Positions 31,734 to 42,055 of a DNA stretch of 64,000 nt are shown here, one piece after another. A model generated the notes under the pieces. It saw only the letters and a list, made by a program, of their open reading frames with translations, was not told where the DNA came from and made no database searches. The DNA comes from an uncultured delta proteobacterium (GTDB lineage: Bacteria > Myxococcota_A > UBA9160 > UBA4427). Numbering within the stretch: position 1 is the first letter of the stretch; the number at the start of each line of letters is the position of its first letter. A program made the translations under genes and the position numbers. The stretch lies in the NCBI GenBank assembly GCA_963822965.1, contig CAWGJT010000005.1, forward strand, positions 1,472,001-1,536,000, read 5' to 3'.

Positions 31734-34700
31734 ATGAAACGCCGGTACGGCTGCGCGCTCCTGGCGCTGGCGGCGCTCGCCTCACTGGGCTGCAATCCGG
31801 ACGCCCCGTGGGGCTACCGGGTCATGGGCATGGTCTACGTCCAGCACGGGCCCGACATGTTCGCGCTGGCCAACGCACGGGTGGTGCTGCGGGACGCCAC
31901 CGTGGGCGGCTATGGAAAGAAGCAGGTCCACGCCGACTCGAGCGGGCGCTTCGAGATCCAGGCAGGGCCCTGGTTCGGCAGCTACGAGGTCTGCGCCGAT
32001 GCGCCCGGCCTGCCCCTCACCTGCCAGCCCGAGACCTTCAACCTCGCCCTGGCGACCGTCGACCCGCCGTGGCGGGAGATCACGATCGTCGCGACCGACG
32101 CGCTCCACGGGAAGACGCTGCTCGCCGACGGGGAGACGCCCTGCGCGGAGCCCGTCACGGTGGAGCTACTGGACGGCGGCGGAGCCAGCGGCGGCGGGGC
32201 CCCCATCGCCAGCACCGCGTCGAACCCCGCCGGAGAGTGGATGCTGGGCGACCTGCCCCCGTCTCCCCAGTCCTTCCTCATTCGCGCTCGCTGCGCCGGA
32301 GCAGGCTTCGACAAGGCGATCAACGTGAACGACGACTACCGCGTCGGCACCCAGTCGTTCGACCAGACATTCCCCAACAACCCACCGGTCATCCAGTCCA
32401 TCCAGGTGCAGAACGAGATCGGGGACGTGTACCGGATGGTGGCGCCCGGGAGCCATCTCATCGTCCGCGCCACCGTCGACGATCCCGACGGCGATCTCCT
32501 GACCTACTCGTGGATCGACACGGCGGACTCCCTTCCCTCCGTCAGCTCGGCGAGCCTGCTCTGGTCGGCGCCGGACGCCTCCCAGCTCGTCACGTTCAAC
32601 GTGACCGTCGACGACGGGCGCGGCGGCGTCGCCCACGGCAGCGCGCAGATCCGGGTGGGCCCGCTGGAGGACCGCTTCGTGGGGCACGTCCACGACGCCG
32701 AGAGCGGTCTGCCGCTCACCGGGGCGAAGGTGGAGGTCGCCGGACAGAGCGTCGTGACGAACGCCGACGGCTACTTCGGACTCGCGGGTCCCATGGCCGC
32801 CTTCCACGACCTGCAGGTGACCCTCGACGGCTATGCACCCTACGACGACCGCGTCGAGGGCAGCGCGGCCGGGCTCGCCATCGCGCTCCACCCCCTGCGC
32901 CTCTACAACGTGGACCCCACCCAGCAGATCGAGATCTGGGACGGGCCCCGGGGCTTCATGGTGCGCATTCCGCCGAACTCGCTGCAGGACGAGGCCGGCA
33001 ACGATCCGCCCGGCAACGTCGACGTCGGCATCCACACCCGCAACGGCAAGAGCGAGCCCTCCATCGGCACGGCGATCGTCGCGGCGCCGGGCGCCGAAGA
33101 CGCGCTCGAGCCCGTGCAGAGCGCGTCGGTGGTGATCAGCGACGGGTCGGGCGCCCGCTACAACCTGAAGGCGGGCGCGCGCGCCACCGTCGGCTTCACG
33201 GCGCCGGACAGCCTCGCCCAACCCGGCGTGATGCCCCTGCTCCACCTGGACGAGGGGTCGGGCCTGTGGACCGAGGTGGGCGAGACCGTCCAGAAGCACG
33301 CCCGCTACGAGGCGGAGGTGGCGAGCTTCAGCTCGTGGAGCACCGGCGTCGTGCATCCCTCGTGGAACGCCTGCGTCCACGTCCACGTGAAGGGTGGCGT
33401 GCGGCTGCCCCAGATCCTGCGCATCTACCGCACGAACCCGCCCAGCGACCTGAGCCAGCACTTCGTGCAGGAGGTGGTGATCCAGGATCACGACAACCTG
33501 ATCACCCACATGCCGCAGAACCAGACGGCGGTGATCGTGCTGCATCCCTTCAACGACCCGGACAACATCATCGGCACCGCCTACGCGGCCACCGGTTCGG
33601 GCGTGACGCCGATCCCGGCCTACCCGTGGAACGGCTGCGCGAACGTGAGCCTGGGCGTGGACGTCCCTGCCGAGACGAACTCGGTGCCGCGCTACTTGAG
33701 GCGCATCCAGGGCAACCAGCAGTCCGCCCTGGCCTACTACCAGTCGATCGGTGCGCTCCCCCTCAAGGACGATTTCCAGAAGTGGCTCAACGTCAACCAG
33801 TTCCCCGTGGACGCGGTCGACCACGACGTCACCTTCTTCAACCCCAACGACCTGGGGCTCACCCGCCGCGCCAACTGCAACCGCTACGAGCGGCAGGGCG
33901 TCGGCCAGTTCGCCTGCTACGTGACCAAGTACGGCAAGATCGGCGAATCGCCGTACGAGAGCCTGTGGGACGGCTTCGCGGGCCTGAACCCCGGCGACAC
34001 CGTCGCCATGGAGTTCACGGCGCCCGTCAACGGAGACCCCGACGACCGCTCGGTCAAGTTCTACATCTACGCGCCCGGTCAGACGCCCGGCCAGCAGTCC
34101 CTCAAGCTGAAGACCGCCTTCGACACCGACGGTGACACCAAGTACGTGCCCGAGGTGTGCCTGCACTGCCACGGGCTCTACGTGCCGCAGTTCGCCGTCT
34201 TCGACGTGATGGAGTACGAGTGGCTGGGCGTGGGCCAGAGCAAGGTCGAGAACATCCAGGAGCAGATGCGGGAGTGGAACTCCTGGGTCGACACCATCGC
34301 CGCCCACACCAACCCGCCCCACATCCCACCCAGCGCCAACCCGGCGCGCGAGCTCATCAAGCGCATCTACGGGGGCGAAGGAGCGGTATACGTCCCGGGG
34401 ACGACTGCTCACGCGGAGTACTGGGGCAACCCGGTCTACGACGACGTCGTCAAGCCGTACTGTCGCACCTGCCACATGTGGAGCAGCTTCCCGTTCTCGC
34501 CCCCGAACCCCCAGCTCTTCGGGCCGGTCGACAGCCACGTCTGCACCGGCGAGATGCCTCACGCGATGGCCCCCCAGCTCGCCCTGTGGTCGAGCACGAA
34601 CCCGTGGGCGCCCTCGCTCCTCAACCTGTACTGCGTGACCGTGAGCAGCCCGCCCTCGATCACGATCACCGGACCTCCGGAGGGCACCGAGGTGGGCTTC

Positions 34701-35537
34701 GGCGGGCTCAGCTTCGAGACCTACACGGCCAGCGTCAGCGACCCGGAAGACGGGGCGTCGTGCTGCTTCGTGCAGTGGTCCGCCAACGACGAAGGGGTCA
34801 TGGGCTACGGGACGACCGTCCAGTACGTGTTCTCGGCACCCGGGAGCCACTTCGTCTGCGCCAAGGCCATCGACTCCAATGGCAAGGAGGCCCAGGACTG
34901 CATCGAGGTCTTCTCCACCAACCACGCGCCGAGCGCCGCGATCCTCGACCCGGTGCAGTCCCAGAGCCTGTTCGTCGGCGATCCCTATACCTTCCACGGC
35001 GAGGGATACGACAGCGAGTACGCCTACCTCGAGCTTCCCTGCCAGAACCTGAGCTGGCAGGTGACGCTGTCCCAGAACCCGCCGCCCACTCCGACGACCG
35101 CGCAGGGAACCTGCTTCCCGACCTTCACGTTCAACGCCACCGGAATCCACAGCGTCGCGCTCGAAGCGACGGACCTGGACCTGCTGACCGACCAGACCCA
35201 GGTGACCTTCAACGTGGTGCCCGTGCCGCCCGGGTCGCCGCCCGGCGTGAACATCACGTACCCGAACCCGAATGACCTCTATCCTTCGGACGCGCCCCTC
35301 GACCTGACGGCGCTGGTCACGTCCCACGGCGGCGGTCCCATCAGCCTCGACTGGACCATCGACTGGAGCGGCAACCCGGTCACGATCTCCACCTCGAATC
35401 CCGACGTGTGGGTGCCCTCGGACGACGTTCCCTTCAACTGCGGAGGACAGTCCGTCATTCTCCGGCTCGAGGCGACGGACGGCAACGGATCGAAGACCGA
35501 CTCGGTGGCCTTCGAGATCGCGTACCCGCCGTGCTGA
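31734..35537 (+). CDS. Large exported (probable lipo)protein with Ig/PKD-like domains and two CXXCH heme-binding motifs
   Basis: GGAGG RBS; MKRRYGCALLALAALASLG|C20; NNPP.I...ATVDDPDGD.LTYSW...VTVDDGRGG Ig-like modules; CLHCH (aa 809) and CRTCH (aa 910); three C-terminal PKD-like modules. Confidence 0.85.
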   Translation: MKRRYGCALLALAALASLGCNPDAPWGYRVMGMVYVQHGPDMFALANARVVLRDATVGGYGKKQVHADSSGRFEIQAGPWFGSYEVCADAPGLPLTCQPETFNLALATVDPPWREITIVATDALHGKTLLADGETPCAEPVTVELLDGGGASGGGAPIASTASNPAGEWMLGDLPPSPQSFLIRARCAGAGFDKAINVNDDYRVGTQSFDQTFPNNPPVIQSIQVQNEIGDVYRMVAPGSHLIVRATVDDPDGDLLTYSWIDTADSLPSVSSASLLWSAPDASQLVTFNVTVDDGRGGVAHGSAQIRVGPLEDRFVGHVHDAESGLPLTGAKVEVAGQSVVTNADGYFGLAGPMAAFHDLQVTLDGYAPYDDRVEGSAAGLAIALHPLRLYNVDPTQQIEIWDGPRGFMVRIPPNSLQDEAGNDPPGNVDVGIHTRNGKSEPSIGTAIVAAPGAEDALEPVQSASVVISDGSGARYNLKAGARATVGFTAPDSLAQPGVMPLLHLDEGSGLWTEVGETVQKHARYEAEVASFSSWSTGVVHPSWNACVHVHVKGGVRLPQILRIYRTNPPSDLSQHFVQEVVIQDHDNLITHMPQNQTAVIVLHPFNDPDNIIGTAYAATGSGVTPIPAYPWNGCANVSLGVDVPAETNSVPRYLRRIQGNQQSALAYYQSIGALPLKDDFQKWLNVNQFPVDAVDHDVTFFNPNDLGLTRRANCNRYERQGVGQFACYVTKYGKIGESPYESLWDGFAGLNPGDTVAMEFTAPVNGDPDDRSVKFYIYAPGQTPGQQSLKLKTAFDTDGDTKYVPEVCLHCHGLYVPQFAVFDVMEYEWLGVGQSKVENIQEQMREWNSWVDTIAAHTNPPHIPPSANPARELIKRIYGGEGAVYVPGTTAHAEYWGNPVYDDVVKPYCRTCHMWSSFPFSPPNPQLFGPVDSHVCTGEMPHAMAPQLALWSSTNPWAPSLLNLYCVTVSSPPSITITGPPEGTEVGFGGLSFETYTASVSDPEDGASCCFVQWSANDEGVMGYGTTVQYVFSAPGSHFVCAKAIDSNGKEAQDCIEVFSTNHAPSAAILDPVQSQSLFVGDPYTFHGEGYDSEYAYLELPCQNLSWQVTLSQNPPPTPTTAQGTCFPTFTFNATGIHSVALEATDLDLLTDQTQVTFNVVPVPPGSPPGVNITYPNPNDLYPSDAPLDLTALVTSHGGGPISLDWTIDWSGNPVTISTSNPDVWVPSDDVPFNCGGQSVILRLEATDGNGSKTDSVAFEIAYPPC

Positions 35538-35568
35538 CGGGGGCCGGGAGCGGACGTCCCACGCGGGG

Positions 35569-36597
35569 TCAGTACCCCTTCTCGTCCACGCGCACCTTGC
35601 CCCGGAAGGTCCAGTAGACGAGCCCCGTGTAGGCGAGCACCATGGGCATGCCCAGGGCCGCGATGGCGGCCATGATGCCCAGGGTCTTCGGGCTCGAGGC
35701 GGCGTTCCACACGGTGAGCGTGTTCTCGGGCGCGGGATGCGAAGGAACCAGGCTCGGGAACAGCGCCGAGCCGAGCAGCGCCACGAGCGCCACGATCACC
35801 ATGGACGTGCTTGCGAAGGCCTGGCCCGGCCGACCGTAGAAGAGCGCCCGGGGAATGTTGGCGATCGCGAGCACGTTGGCGAGCGGAACCGCCCACAGCC
35901 ACGGGACGTCCCGCAATCGGTCCGTGGCGTGCGGCACCGCCACCAGCGTCACCATGGTGACCACCAGGAAGAGGGCGAGAAACACCCCGAAGCCGTGCCA
36001 CGCGGCGCGGTGGGCGCGGGCCTGCAGCTCGCCTTCGGTTCTCAGCCCGAGGTAGGTCGCCCCGTGAAGCGCGAAGAGCGCCACCGTCATGGCGCCGACC
36101 CCCAGCGAGTAGGGGTGCAGGAGGTCGCCCGTGGCGCCGACGAACTCACCGCGGGCGTCGAGCGGGATCCCCACCAGCAGCGCACCCACGGCCGTCCCGA
36201 ATACCAGGGTCGCTCCCGCCGAGCCTGCGCTGAACGCGCCGTCCCAGAAGGCCCTCCAGGCCCGTCCGCGCCGCTTGCCCCGGAACTCGAGCGAGACGGC
36301 GCGCAGGACGAGGAAGAAGAGCAGCGCCATGAAGGGCAGGTAGAAGGCCGAGAGCACGGTCGCGTAGGCCTCGGGGAACGCGGCGAAGAGCGCGCCGCCG
36401 AAGGTCACGAGCCAGACCTCGTTGCCGTCCCAAAGCGGCCCGATCGACTGCACCGCGGTGCGCTTCTGGCGGTCGCCCCTCGGGACGAACAGATGCACGA
36501 TGCCGACCCCGAGATCGAATCCGTCGAGCACCGCGTAGCCCGCCAGCAGGGCGCCCAGCAGCCCGAACCACAGCAGCGCGAGCGCCTCGGCGCTCAC
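35569..36597 (-). CDS. cydB: Cytochrome bd ubiquinol oxidase subunit II
   Basis: [46 protein letters not shown]. Confidence 0.96.
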   Translation of the reverse strand: MSAEALALLWFGLLGALLAGYAVLDGFDLGVGIVHLFVPRGDRQKRTAVQSIGPLWDGNEVWLVTFGGALFAAFPEAYATVLSAFYLPFMALLFFLVLRAVSLEFRGKRRGRAWRAFWDGAFSAGSAGATLVFGTAVGALLVGIPLDARGEFVGATGDLLHPYSLGVGAMTVALFALHGATYLGLRTEGELQARAHRAAWHGFGVFLALFLVVTMVTLVAVPHATDRLRDVPWLWAVPLANVLAIANIPRALFYGRPGQAFASTSMVIVALVALLGSALFPSLVPSHPAPENTLTVWNAASSPKTLGIMAAIAALGMPMVLAYTGLVYWTFRGKVRVDEKGY

Positions 36598-38135
36598 GTC
36601 CGCTCCCCCGCCACGTCGTCCCCCGCCTCGGTGAGCGACCCGCCGTGGCCCGGCCGGCGGGCGGCCGCCTCGACGAACCCCTCGTGCCCGGGCGCGACCT
36701 CCGGCGGCGGAGCGGGTCCCTGCTGGATCTTGTCGTTCAGGACCACCACCCACACCGCACCCAGCAGCAGGTAGATGACGCCGAACAGCGCGATGGAGCC
36801 GCGCACCTGCTCGGCGCGCACGGCCCGGCTCACTCCGTCCGTGGTGCGGAGACCGAGCGCTTCGTCGTACTCGACGACGCCCGCGGGACCGAGCGCGAGC
36901 TGGCCGTCGGCCGTGCGCGGAACGGGCGGGTGCACGATCCACGGCTGGCGCCCGACCTCGGCCGCCACCCAGCCCGCCTGGTTCGCCGCCACGGCGCCCA
37001 GCACCGCGAAGACGAACACCCAGAGAAGCCAACGCTGCTGGAAGAGAGTGCCCCGCCACCAGAAGAAGCACGCGAGGAGGCTCACCCCCACGAAGAAGAA
37101 GCCGAGGGCGACCATCGCGTGGTAGGAGAAGAAGGGCACCGACACCGGGGGTCGGTCCTCGGGCCGGAACCGGTCGAGACCCACCACCGGCGTCTCGAAG
37201 TCTCCGTGGAGCAGGAAGGAGAGACCACCGGGGATCCCGATCTCGCCGCGCACGATCTCCGCCTGGGCGTCCGGGATGCCGAACAGGCTCAGGTCGCCCG
37301 GGCCCGTCCGGAACTGACCCTCGAACGCCGCGAGCTTGGCGGGCTGGTGCTCGTAGACGCTGCCGGCCTGGAGGTGGCCGGAGACCAGCATCGCCAGGGA
37401 GGAGAGGGTCGCCAGGACCAGCGCGCCGCGGAAGCTCCGCTCGGCGAACTCGCGGTGGCGATCCCGGAGCAGGTACCAGGCGGCGATGCTCATCACGAAG
37501 AACGCGCCCATGATGAAGCAGCCGAGCAATACGTGGGTCAGCCGGTGCAGGCTCGACGGGTTCAGCACCATCGCCCAGAAATCCACGATCTCGGCGCGCA
37601 TCACGGGCTGGCCGTCGATCACCCACGGCGCGCCGTCGCGCACCATCGGGACGATGTGGTGGCCGGCCGGCGTCTGCTGCCAGGAGTTCGCCACCACGAT
37701 CCACACCGCGGAGAACATCGACCCCAGGGCCACCATGCAGGTGGCGAAGAAGTGCAGACGTGGTCCCACCCGATCCCAGCCGAAGACCAGCACCGCCAGG
37801 AACCCGGACTCGAGGAAGAAGGCGAAGATGCCCTCGGCGGCCAGCGCCGACCCGAACACGTCTCCCACGAAGCGCGAGTAGGTGGCCCAGTTGGTCCCGA
37901 ACTCGAACTCCATCGCGATGCCGCTGGCCACGCCGATGGCGAAGTTCAGCGCGAAGATCCCGGTCCAGAAGCGCGCGGCGGAGCCATAGATGGGCGTGCG
38001 CGTGCGGAGCCACATCCCGTCGAGGTACACGAGCACGATTCCCAGCCCGATGCTGAGCGGCGGGAACAGGTAGTGGAACATGATCGTGAGCGCGAACTGG
38101 AGTCGGGAGAGCCAGACGACGTCGCCCACGGGCAT
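36594..38135 (-). CDS. cydA: Cytochrome bd ubiquinol oxidase subunit I
   Basis: SRLQFA...[48 protein letters not shown]. Confidence 0.97.
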   Translation of the reverse strand: MPVGDVVWLSRLQFALTIMFHYLFPPLSIGLGIVLVYLDGMWLRTRTPIYGSAARFWTGIFALNFAIGVASGIAMEFEFGTNWATYSRFVGDVFGSALAAEGIFAFFLESGFLAVLVFGWDRVGPRLHFFATCMVALGSMFSAVWIVVANSWQQTPAGHHIVPMVRDGAPWVIDGQPVMRAEIVDFWAMVLNPSSLHRLTHVLLGCFIMGAFFVMSIAAWYLLRDRHREFAERSFRGALVLATLSSLAMLVSGHLQAGSVYEHQPAKLAAFEGQFRTGPGDLSLFGIPDAQAEIVRGEIGIPGGLSFLLHGDFETPVVGLDRFRPEDRPPVSVPFFSYHAMVALGFFFVGVSLLACFFWWRGTLFQQRWLLWVFVFAVLGAVAANQAGWVAAEVGRQPWIVHPPVPRTADGQLALGPAGVVEYDEALGLRTTDGVSRAVRAEQVRGSIALFGVIYLLLGAVWVVVLNDKIQQGPAPPPEVAPGHEGFVEAAARRPGHGGSLTEAGDDVAGERT

Positions 38136-38154
38136 CGACCGGGTGGGACGAGTC

Positions 38155-38715
38155 TCAGTTCTTGGGGAAGTTCAAGACCGGGAAGATCGGCAGGAAGCCG
38201 TTCTCGGCCATGTTCAGGAAGCCGAACTGGAAGCCCTTGATCTCCTTGGTGATGTTGATGAAGCCGATCTGGGCGGTCGAGCTCTTCGACATGTTGACTC
38301 CACCCAGGTCCACCATCGTCGTCCCTTTGGCGATCGTGACGAAGCCCGTGTTGAAGGCGCCCGGGGTTTCGTTCAGCAGGTTGATGAACGCCGCGTTCAT
38401 GCCCGAATCGCTGCCGGTGTGGTAGTTGACGAGGCTGAAGCACGCCGCAGAGTTCATCTCATCCGTGACCTTGGAGACGCCGGCGACCAGAGCCAGACCG
38501 GAGAATCCGGAGGTCTCGCTCAGCGAGAGCAGGCCGATGTCGAGACCGTTCGTGCGCTGGTTCTTGCCGTAGAGAAGAGAGAGGCGCATGCCGCTCACGC
38601 TCGGATCGTCCGGAACGTTGACGCCGGGGAGTCCCAGCTGGAAGCCGGTCTCGGCGAGCGCCGCGTTGGAGCAGAAGAGCAGGCAGAGGCAGGCCGACAG
38701 GATGATTCGCTTCAC
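38155..38715 (-). CDS. Secreted repeat protein (VC2662/LA_2272-like)
   Basis: Signal peptide ending AALA|E; repeated G.Q/N.G..N units; terminal [21 protein letters not shown]. Confidence 0.72.
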   Translation of the reverse strand: MKRIILSACLCLLFCSNAALAETGFQLGLPGVNVPDDPSVSGMRLSLLYGKNQRTNGLDIGLLSLSETSGFSGLALVAGVSKVTDEMNSAACFSLVNYHTGSDSGMNAAFINLLNETPGAFNTGFVTIAKGTTMVDLGGVNMSKSSTAQIGFINITKEIKGFQFGFLNMAENGFLPIFPVLNFPKN

Positions 38716-38892
38716 GGGGTTCTCCTTGGCAGATGCGGGCCATGATACCCGCGTCGGGCCGATCCGCCGCCAGGGAAGCAGGGGGGCGGACCGCCTTCCG
38801 CTCGCCGCCGGCCGACGCGTGCCCGGGATTCGCGTGCGGCACGGGCCGAGCCGTCCCGGGTCGGCCCGCTAGGCTAGGCTCTGGCCCCCGAG

Positions 38893-39741
38893 ATGCCCGG
38901 CGATCGCCATCGACTCCTGCCCGCTCCGCTGCGTCGCCTGTCGCGGCCGCTCGGTCGCGAGCTTCGAGACCTCCAATGGGCACTCCGCAACCTCTCGGTC
39001 CAGGTGCACCCTTCGCCCGTGTTCGTTCTGGGCCACCAGAAGTCCGGCACCTCCATCATCGCGGCGCTGCTCGGCAAGCTCTCGGGCCGGGAAGTCACCC
39101 TCGACCTGCTGCGGGAGGTCTGGCGCCCGACCTTCCACCGCATCCCGGGCGACGACACGTGGTCGTTCGACGACTACGTGCGGCGAAACCGTCTCGGCTT
39201 CTCGCGACCCATCGTGAAGGAGCCGAACCTGACCTTCTTCTACCCCGAGCTCCGCGATCGATTTCCCGACTCGAGGTTCGCGTTCGTGGTGCGCGACCCC
39301 CGGGACAACGTGCGCAGCCTGCTCGACGCACTGGAGGTGCCCGGAGACCTCGCGCGCCTGGAAGAGCGCCACAAGCACCGCTTCAATCCCGGCTGGGAGC
39401 TCGTCTTCGATTCGAGCTGGCTCGGTCTGCCCGGCGAGCACTGGATCGACCGCCTCGCACACCGTTGGAACCTCTGCTGCGATGTCTACCTGGAGAACGC
39501 CGAGCGCCTGGCGCTGTGCCGCTACGAAGACTTCGCAGCGGACAAGTACGGCGAGATCCGCCGGCTGGCGGGGCGGCTGGGGCTCGCGGAGAAGAACGAC
39601 ATCGAGCACGAGCTCGACGTTCAGTACCAGACCCGGGGAGATCGCTCCGTGCGATGGATCGACTTCTTCGGCGAGGAGAACCTGGCGCGCATCGAATCGA
39701 TCTGCGCCGAACGAATGCAACGACTCGGCTACCGGGTCTGA
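38893..39741 (+). CDS. Sulfotransferase family protein
   Basis: PVFVLGHQKSGTS (5'-PSB), VKEP, VVRDPRDNVRS (3'-PB), RYEDF. Confidence 0.88.
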   Translation: MPGDRHRLLPAPLRRLSRPLGRELRDLQWALRNLSVQVHPSPVFVLGHQKSGTSIIAALLGKLSGREVTLDLLREVWRPTFHRIPGDDTWSFDDYVRRNRLGFSRPIVKEPNLTFFYPELRDRFPDSRFAFVVRDPRDNVRSLLDALEVPGDLARLEERHKHRFNPGWELVFDSSWLGLPGEHWIDRLAHRWNLCCDVYLENAERLALCRYEDFAADKYGEIRRLAGRLGLAEKNDIEHELDVQYQTRGDRSVRWIDFFGEENLARIESICAERMQRLGYRV

Positions 39742-39761
39742 CGCCGCGGAGGACCGTCCGG

Positions 39762-40280
39762 ATGACGCCGAAGATCTACAACGTTCTCTTCCTCTGCACC
39801 GGCAACTCCGCGCGAAGCATCCTGGCGGAGGCGATCCTGAATCGGCTCGGCGCCGGCCGCTTTCGCGCCTACAGCGCCGGCTCCCACCCCACGGGCCGGG
39901 TGCATCCGATGGCGCTCGAGCTGCTCCGGGCGCTCGGCTACGAGACCGCGGGCCTCCGTTCGAAGGGCTGGGAGGAGCTCGCGAAACCCGGCGCGCCGGC
40001 GCTCGACTTCGTGTTCACGGTCTGCGACGACGCTGCGGGCGAGGCCTGTCCCGTCTGGCCCGGCCAGCCGATGACCGCCCACTGGGGGACCCCGGACCCC
40101 GCCGCCTTCACGGGGCCCGAGGACGAGCAGCGCTGGGCCTTTCGCCGGGCCTACCGCGAGCTCGAGCGGCGGATCGATCTCTTCACGAGCCTCCCGATCG
40201 AGGCGCTCGACCGCCTGAGCCTGCAGTCGCGCCTGAACGAGATCGGCAAGACCGAAGCCCCCGTGGCGGAGGACGAGTAG
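39762..40280 (+). CDS. arsC: Arsenate reductase, LMW-PTP type
   Basis: VLFLCTGNSARS, SAGSHP, FTVCD...CPVWPGQP.TAHWG.PDP; adjacent to acr3. Confidence 0.95.
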   Translation: MTPKIYNVLFLCTGNSARSILAEAILNRLGAGRFRAYSAGSHPTGRVHPMALELLRALGYETAGLRSKGWEELAKPGAPALDFVFTVCDDAAGEACPVWPGQPMTAHWGTPDPAAFTGPEDEQRWAFRRAYRELERRIDLFTSLPIEALDRLSLQSRLNEIGKTEAPVAEDE

Positions 40281-40291
40281 TGGAGGGGGAG

Positions 40292-41380
40292 ATGGATGCG
40301 AGCCGGGGCAACGCGGAGCCCAAGCGCCTCGGTGTCTTCGAGCGCTGGCTCTCCCTGTGGGTCGCCCTGTGCATGGTGGCCGGCGTGTCCCTGGGCTGGC
40401 TCCTGCCCGGCGCGACGGACGCGCTTCGGCGCCTCGAGTTCGGAAAGGGAAGCCAGATCAACGTCCCGATCGCGGTCCTGCTGTGGCTGATGATCTACCC
40501 GATGATGCTCCGCATCGACCTCGCGAGCGTGCTCGAGGTGCGCCGCCGCCCGAAGGGCATCGCCGTCACGCTCTTCGTCAACTGGCTGGTGAAGCCCTTT
40601 TCGATGGCGTTCCTGGGGTGGCTCTTCTTCGAGCACATCTTCCACGCCTGGATCGGCGACGCCTTGGCCGACCAGTACGTGGCGGGCGTCGTCATCCTGG
40701 CGGCCGCGCCCTGCACCGCCATGGTCTTCGTGTGGTCGTATCTCACGGACGGCGACCCGGCCTACACCCTGGTGCAGGTGTCGCTGAACGACCTCATCAT
40801 GCTGCTGCTCTTCGCGCCGATCGTCTCCTTCCTGGTGACCGGTGCCAGCGGCCTCACGGTTCCCTTCGACGTGCTGCTCTACTCGGTGGGCATCTTCATC
40901 GTGGTGCCGCTGGCCCTGGGAAGCCTGAGCCGCGTCGTGCTGATGCGCCGCCGGGGAAGGGCCTGGTTCGAGGAGACCTTCCTCCCCCGCTTCCAGCCCG
41001 TCACGACCCTCGCTCTGCTCGCCACCCTGGTGCTGATCTTCGCCTTCCAGGCGGAGAACCTCACGAGTCGCTTCTTCCACGTGGTGCTGATCGCGATCCC
41101 GATCCTGATCCAGGTCTACTTCAACTCGAGCCTGGTCTACGGGCTGATGAGGTGGCTGCGGGTTCCCCACGACGTGGCCGCGCCCGGCGCGCTCATCGGC
41201 GCCTCCAACTTCTTCGAGCTCGCAGTGGCCACGGCCATCGCCCTCTACGGCCCAGGCTCCGGGGCGGCCCTGGCCACCGTCGTCGGCGTGCTCGTCGAGG
41301 TTCCGGTCATGCTCTCGGTCTGTGCCTTCTGCAACCGCACGCGCCACTGGTTCGTCTGGCCCGAGCCCACGCGGAGCTGA
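40292..41380 (+). CDS. acr3: ACR3-family arsenite efflux transporter
   Basis: FERWLSLWV, MIYPMM, NWLVKPFSM, APCTAMVFVW, GASNFFELAVA, GVLVEVPVML. Confidence 0.96.
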   Translation: MDASRGNAEPKRLGVFERWLSLWVALCMVAGVSLGWLLPGATDALRRLEFGKGSQINVPIAVLLWLMIYPMMLRIDLASVLEVRRRPKGIAVTLFVNWLVKPFSMAFLGWLFFEHIFHAWIGDALADQYVAGVVILAAAPCTAMVFVWSYLTDGDPAYTLVQVSLNDLIMLLLFAPIVSFLVTGASGLTVPFDVLLYSVGIFIVVPLALGSLSRVVLMRRRGRAWFEETFLPRFQPVTTLALLATLVLIFAFQAENLTSRFFHVVLIAIPILIQVYFNSSLVYGLMRWLRVPHDVAAPGALIGASNFFELAVATAIALYGPGSGAALATVVGVLVEVPVMLSVCAFCNRTRHWFVWPEPTRS

Positions 41381-41512
41381 AAGACGTCGGGCGATGCGTC
41401 GAGGGGCGCGGACGACCCTCGCGGACGCGTCCGTATGCCCCGCGCGGAGCCGCTCAGCGGGGCGAGGCGGATCGCGCCCGACTCCGAGGTGCTGCCGTGG
41501 TAACGTCGCGCC

Positions 41513-42055
41513 GTGGTCGTGGAACGAAACCAGCCGGAAGCCGGACGATCGCAGCCGGTCCGCTTCCGCCGCCCGACCATGGAGGACGGGGCTGCGGTCT
41601 GGCGGCTGGTCGAGGACCTGGGCAGCCTGGACCGCAACTCCCCCTACGCGTATCTCCTGCTGTGCCGCGATTTCGCCGACACGTGCGTCCTGGCGGAGGA
41701 CTCCGGAGCCCTGTTGGGCTTCGTCGTAGGCTATCGATTGCCCGCCGACCCGGAGACGGTCTTCGTGTGGCAGGTGGGGGTCTCGCAGCAGGCCCGGGGC
41801 CGGCGGCTGGCGAGCGCGATGCTCGACGGGCTGCTGGTCTCGGAGGGCTGCCGGGGCGTTCGATTCCTGGAGGCCACCGTCACCCCTTCGAACGCCGCGT
41901 CTCGCGCCCTGTTCGAATCGCTGGCACGGCGCCTGGACGCCGCCCTGGTGGAGTCCCCGGGCTTTCCTGCCGAGGCGTTTCCGCAAGGCGACCACGAGCC
42001 CGAGCCCCGGCTCCGCATCGGTCCCTTCGACAACCTCAAGGAGGGAAGCGCTTGA
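41513..42055 (+). CDS. ectA: L-2,4-diaminobutyrate acetyltransferase
   Basis: LDRNSPYAYLLLC.DFADTC, FVWQVGV, LEATVTPSN.AS.ALF, HEPE. Confidence 0.95.
   Translation: MVVERNQPEAGRSQPVRFRRPTMEDGAAVWRLVEDLGSLDRNSPYAYLLLCRDFADTCVLAEDSGALLGFVVGYRLPADPETVFVWQVGVSQQARGRRLASAMLDGLLVSEGCRGVRFLEATVTPSNAASRALFESLARRLDAALVESPGFPAEAFPQGDHEPEPRLRIGPFDNLKEGSA

Noticed and set aside
28448..35327. Antisense ORFs of >1000 aa (28448-31639 and 32166-35327)
   Set aside because: Shadow ORFs opposite well-supported genes, expected in very GC-rich DNA; no recognisable motifs.
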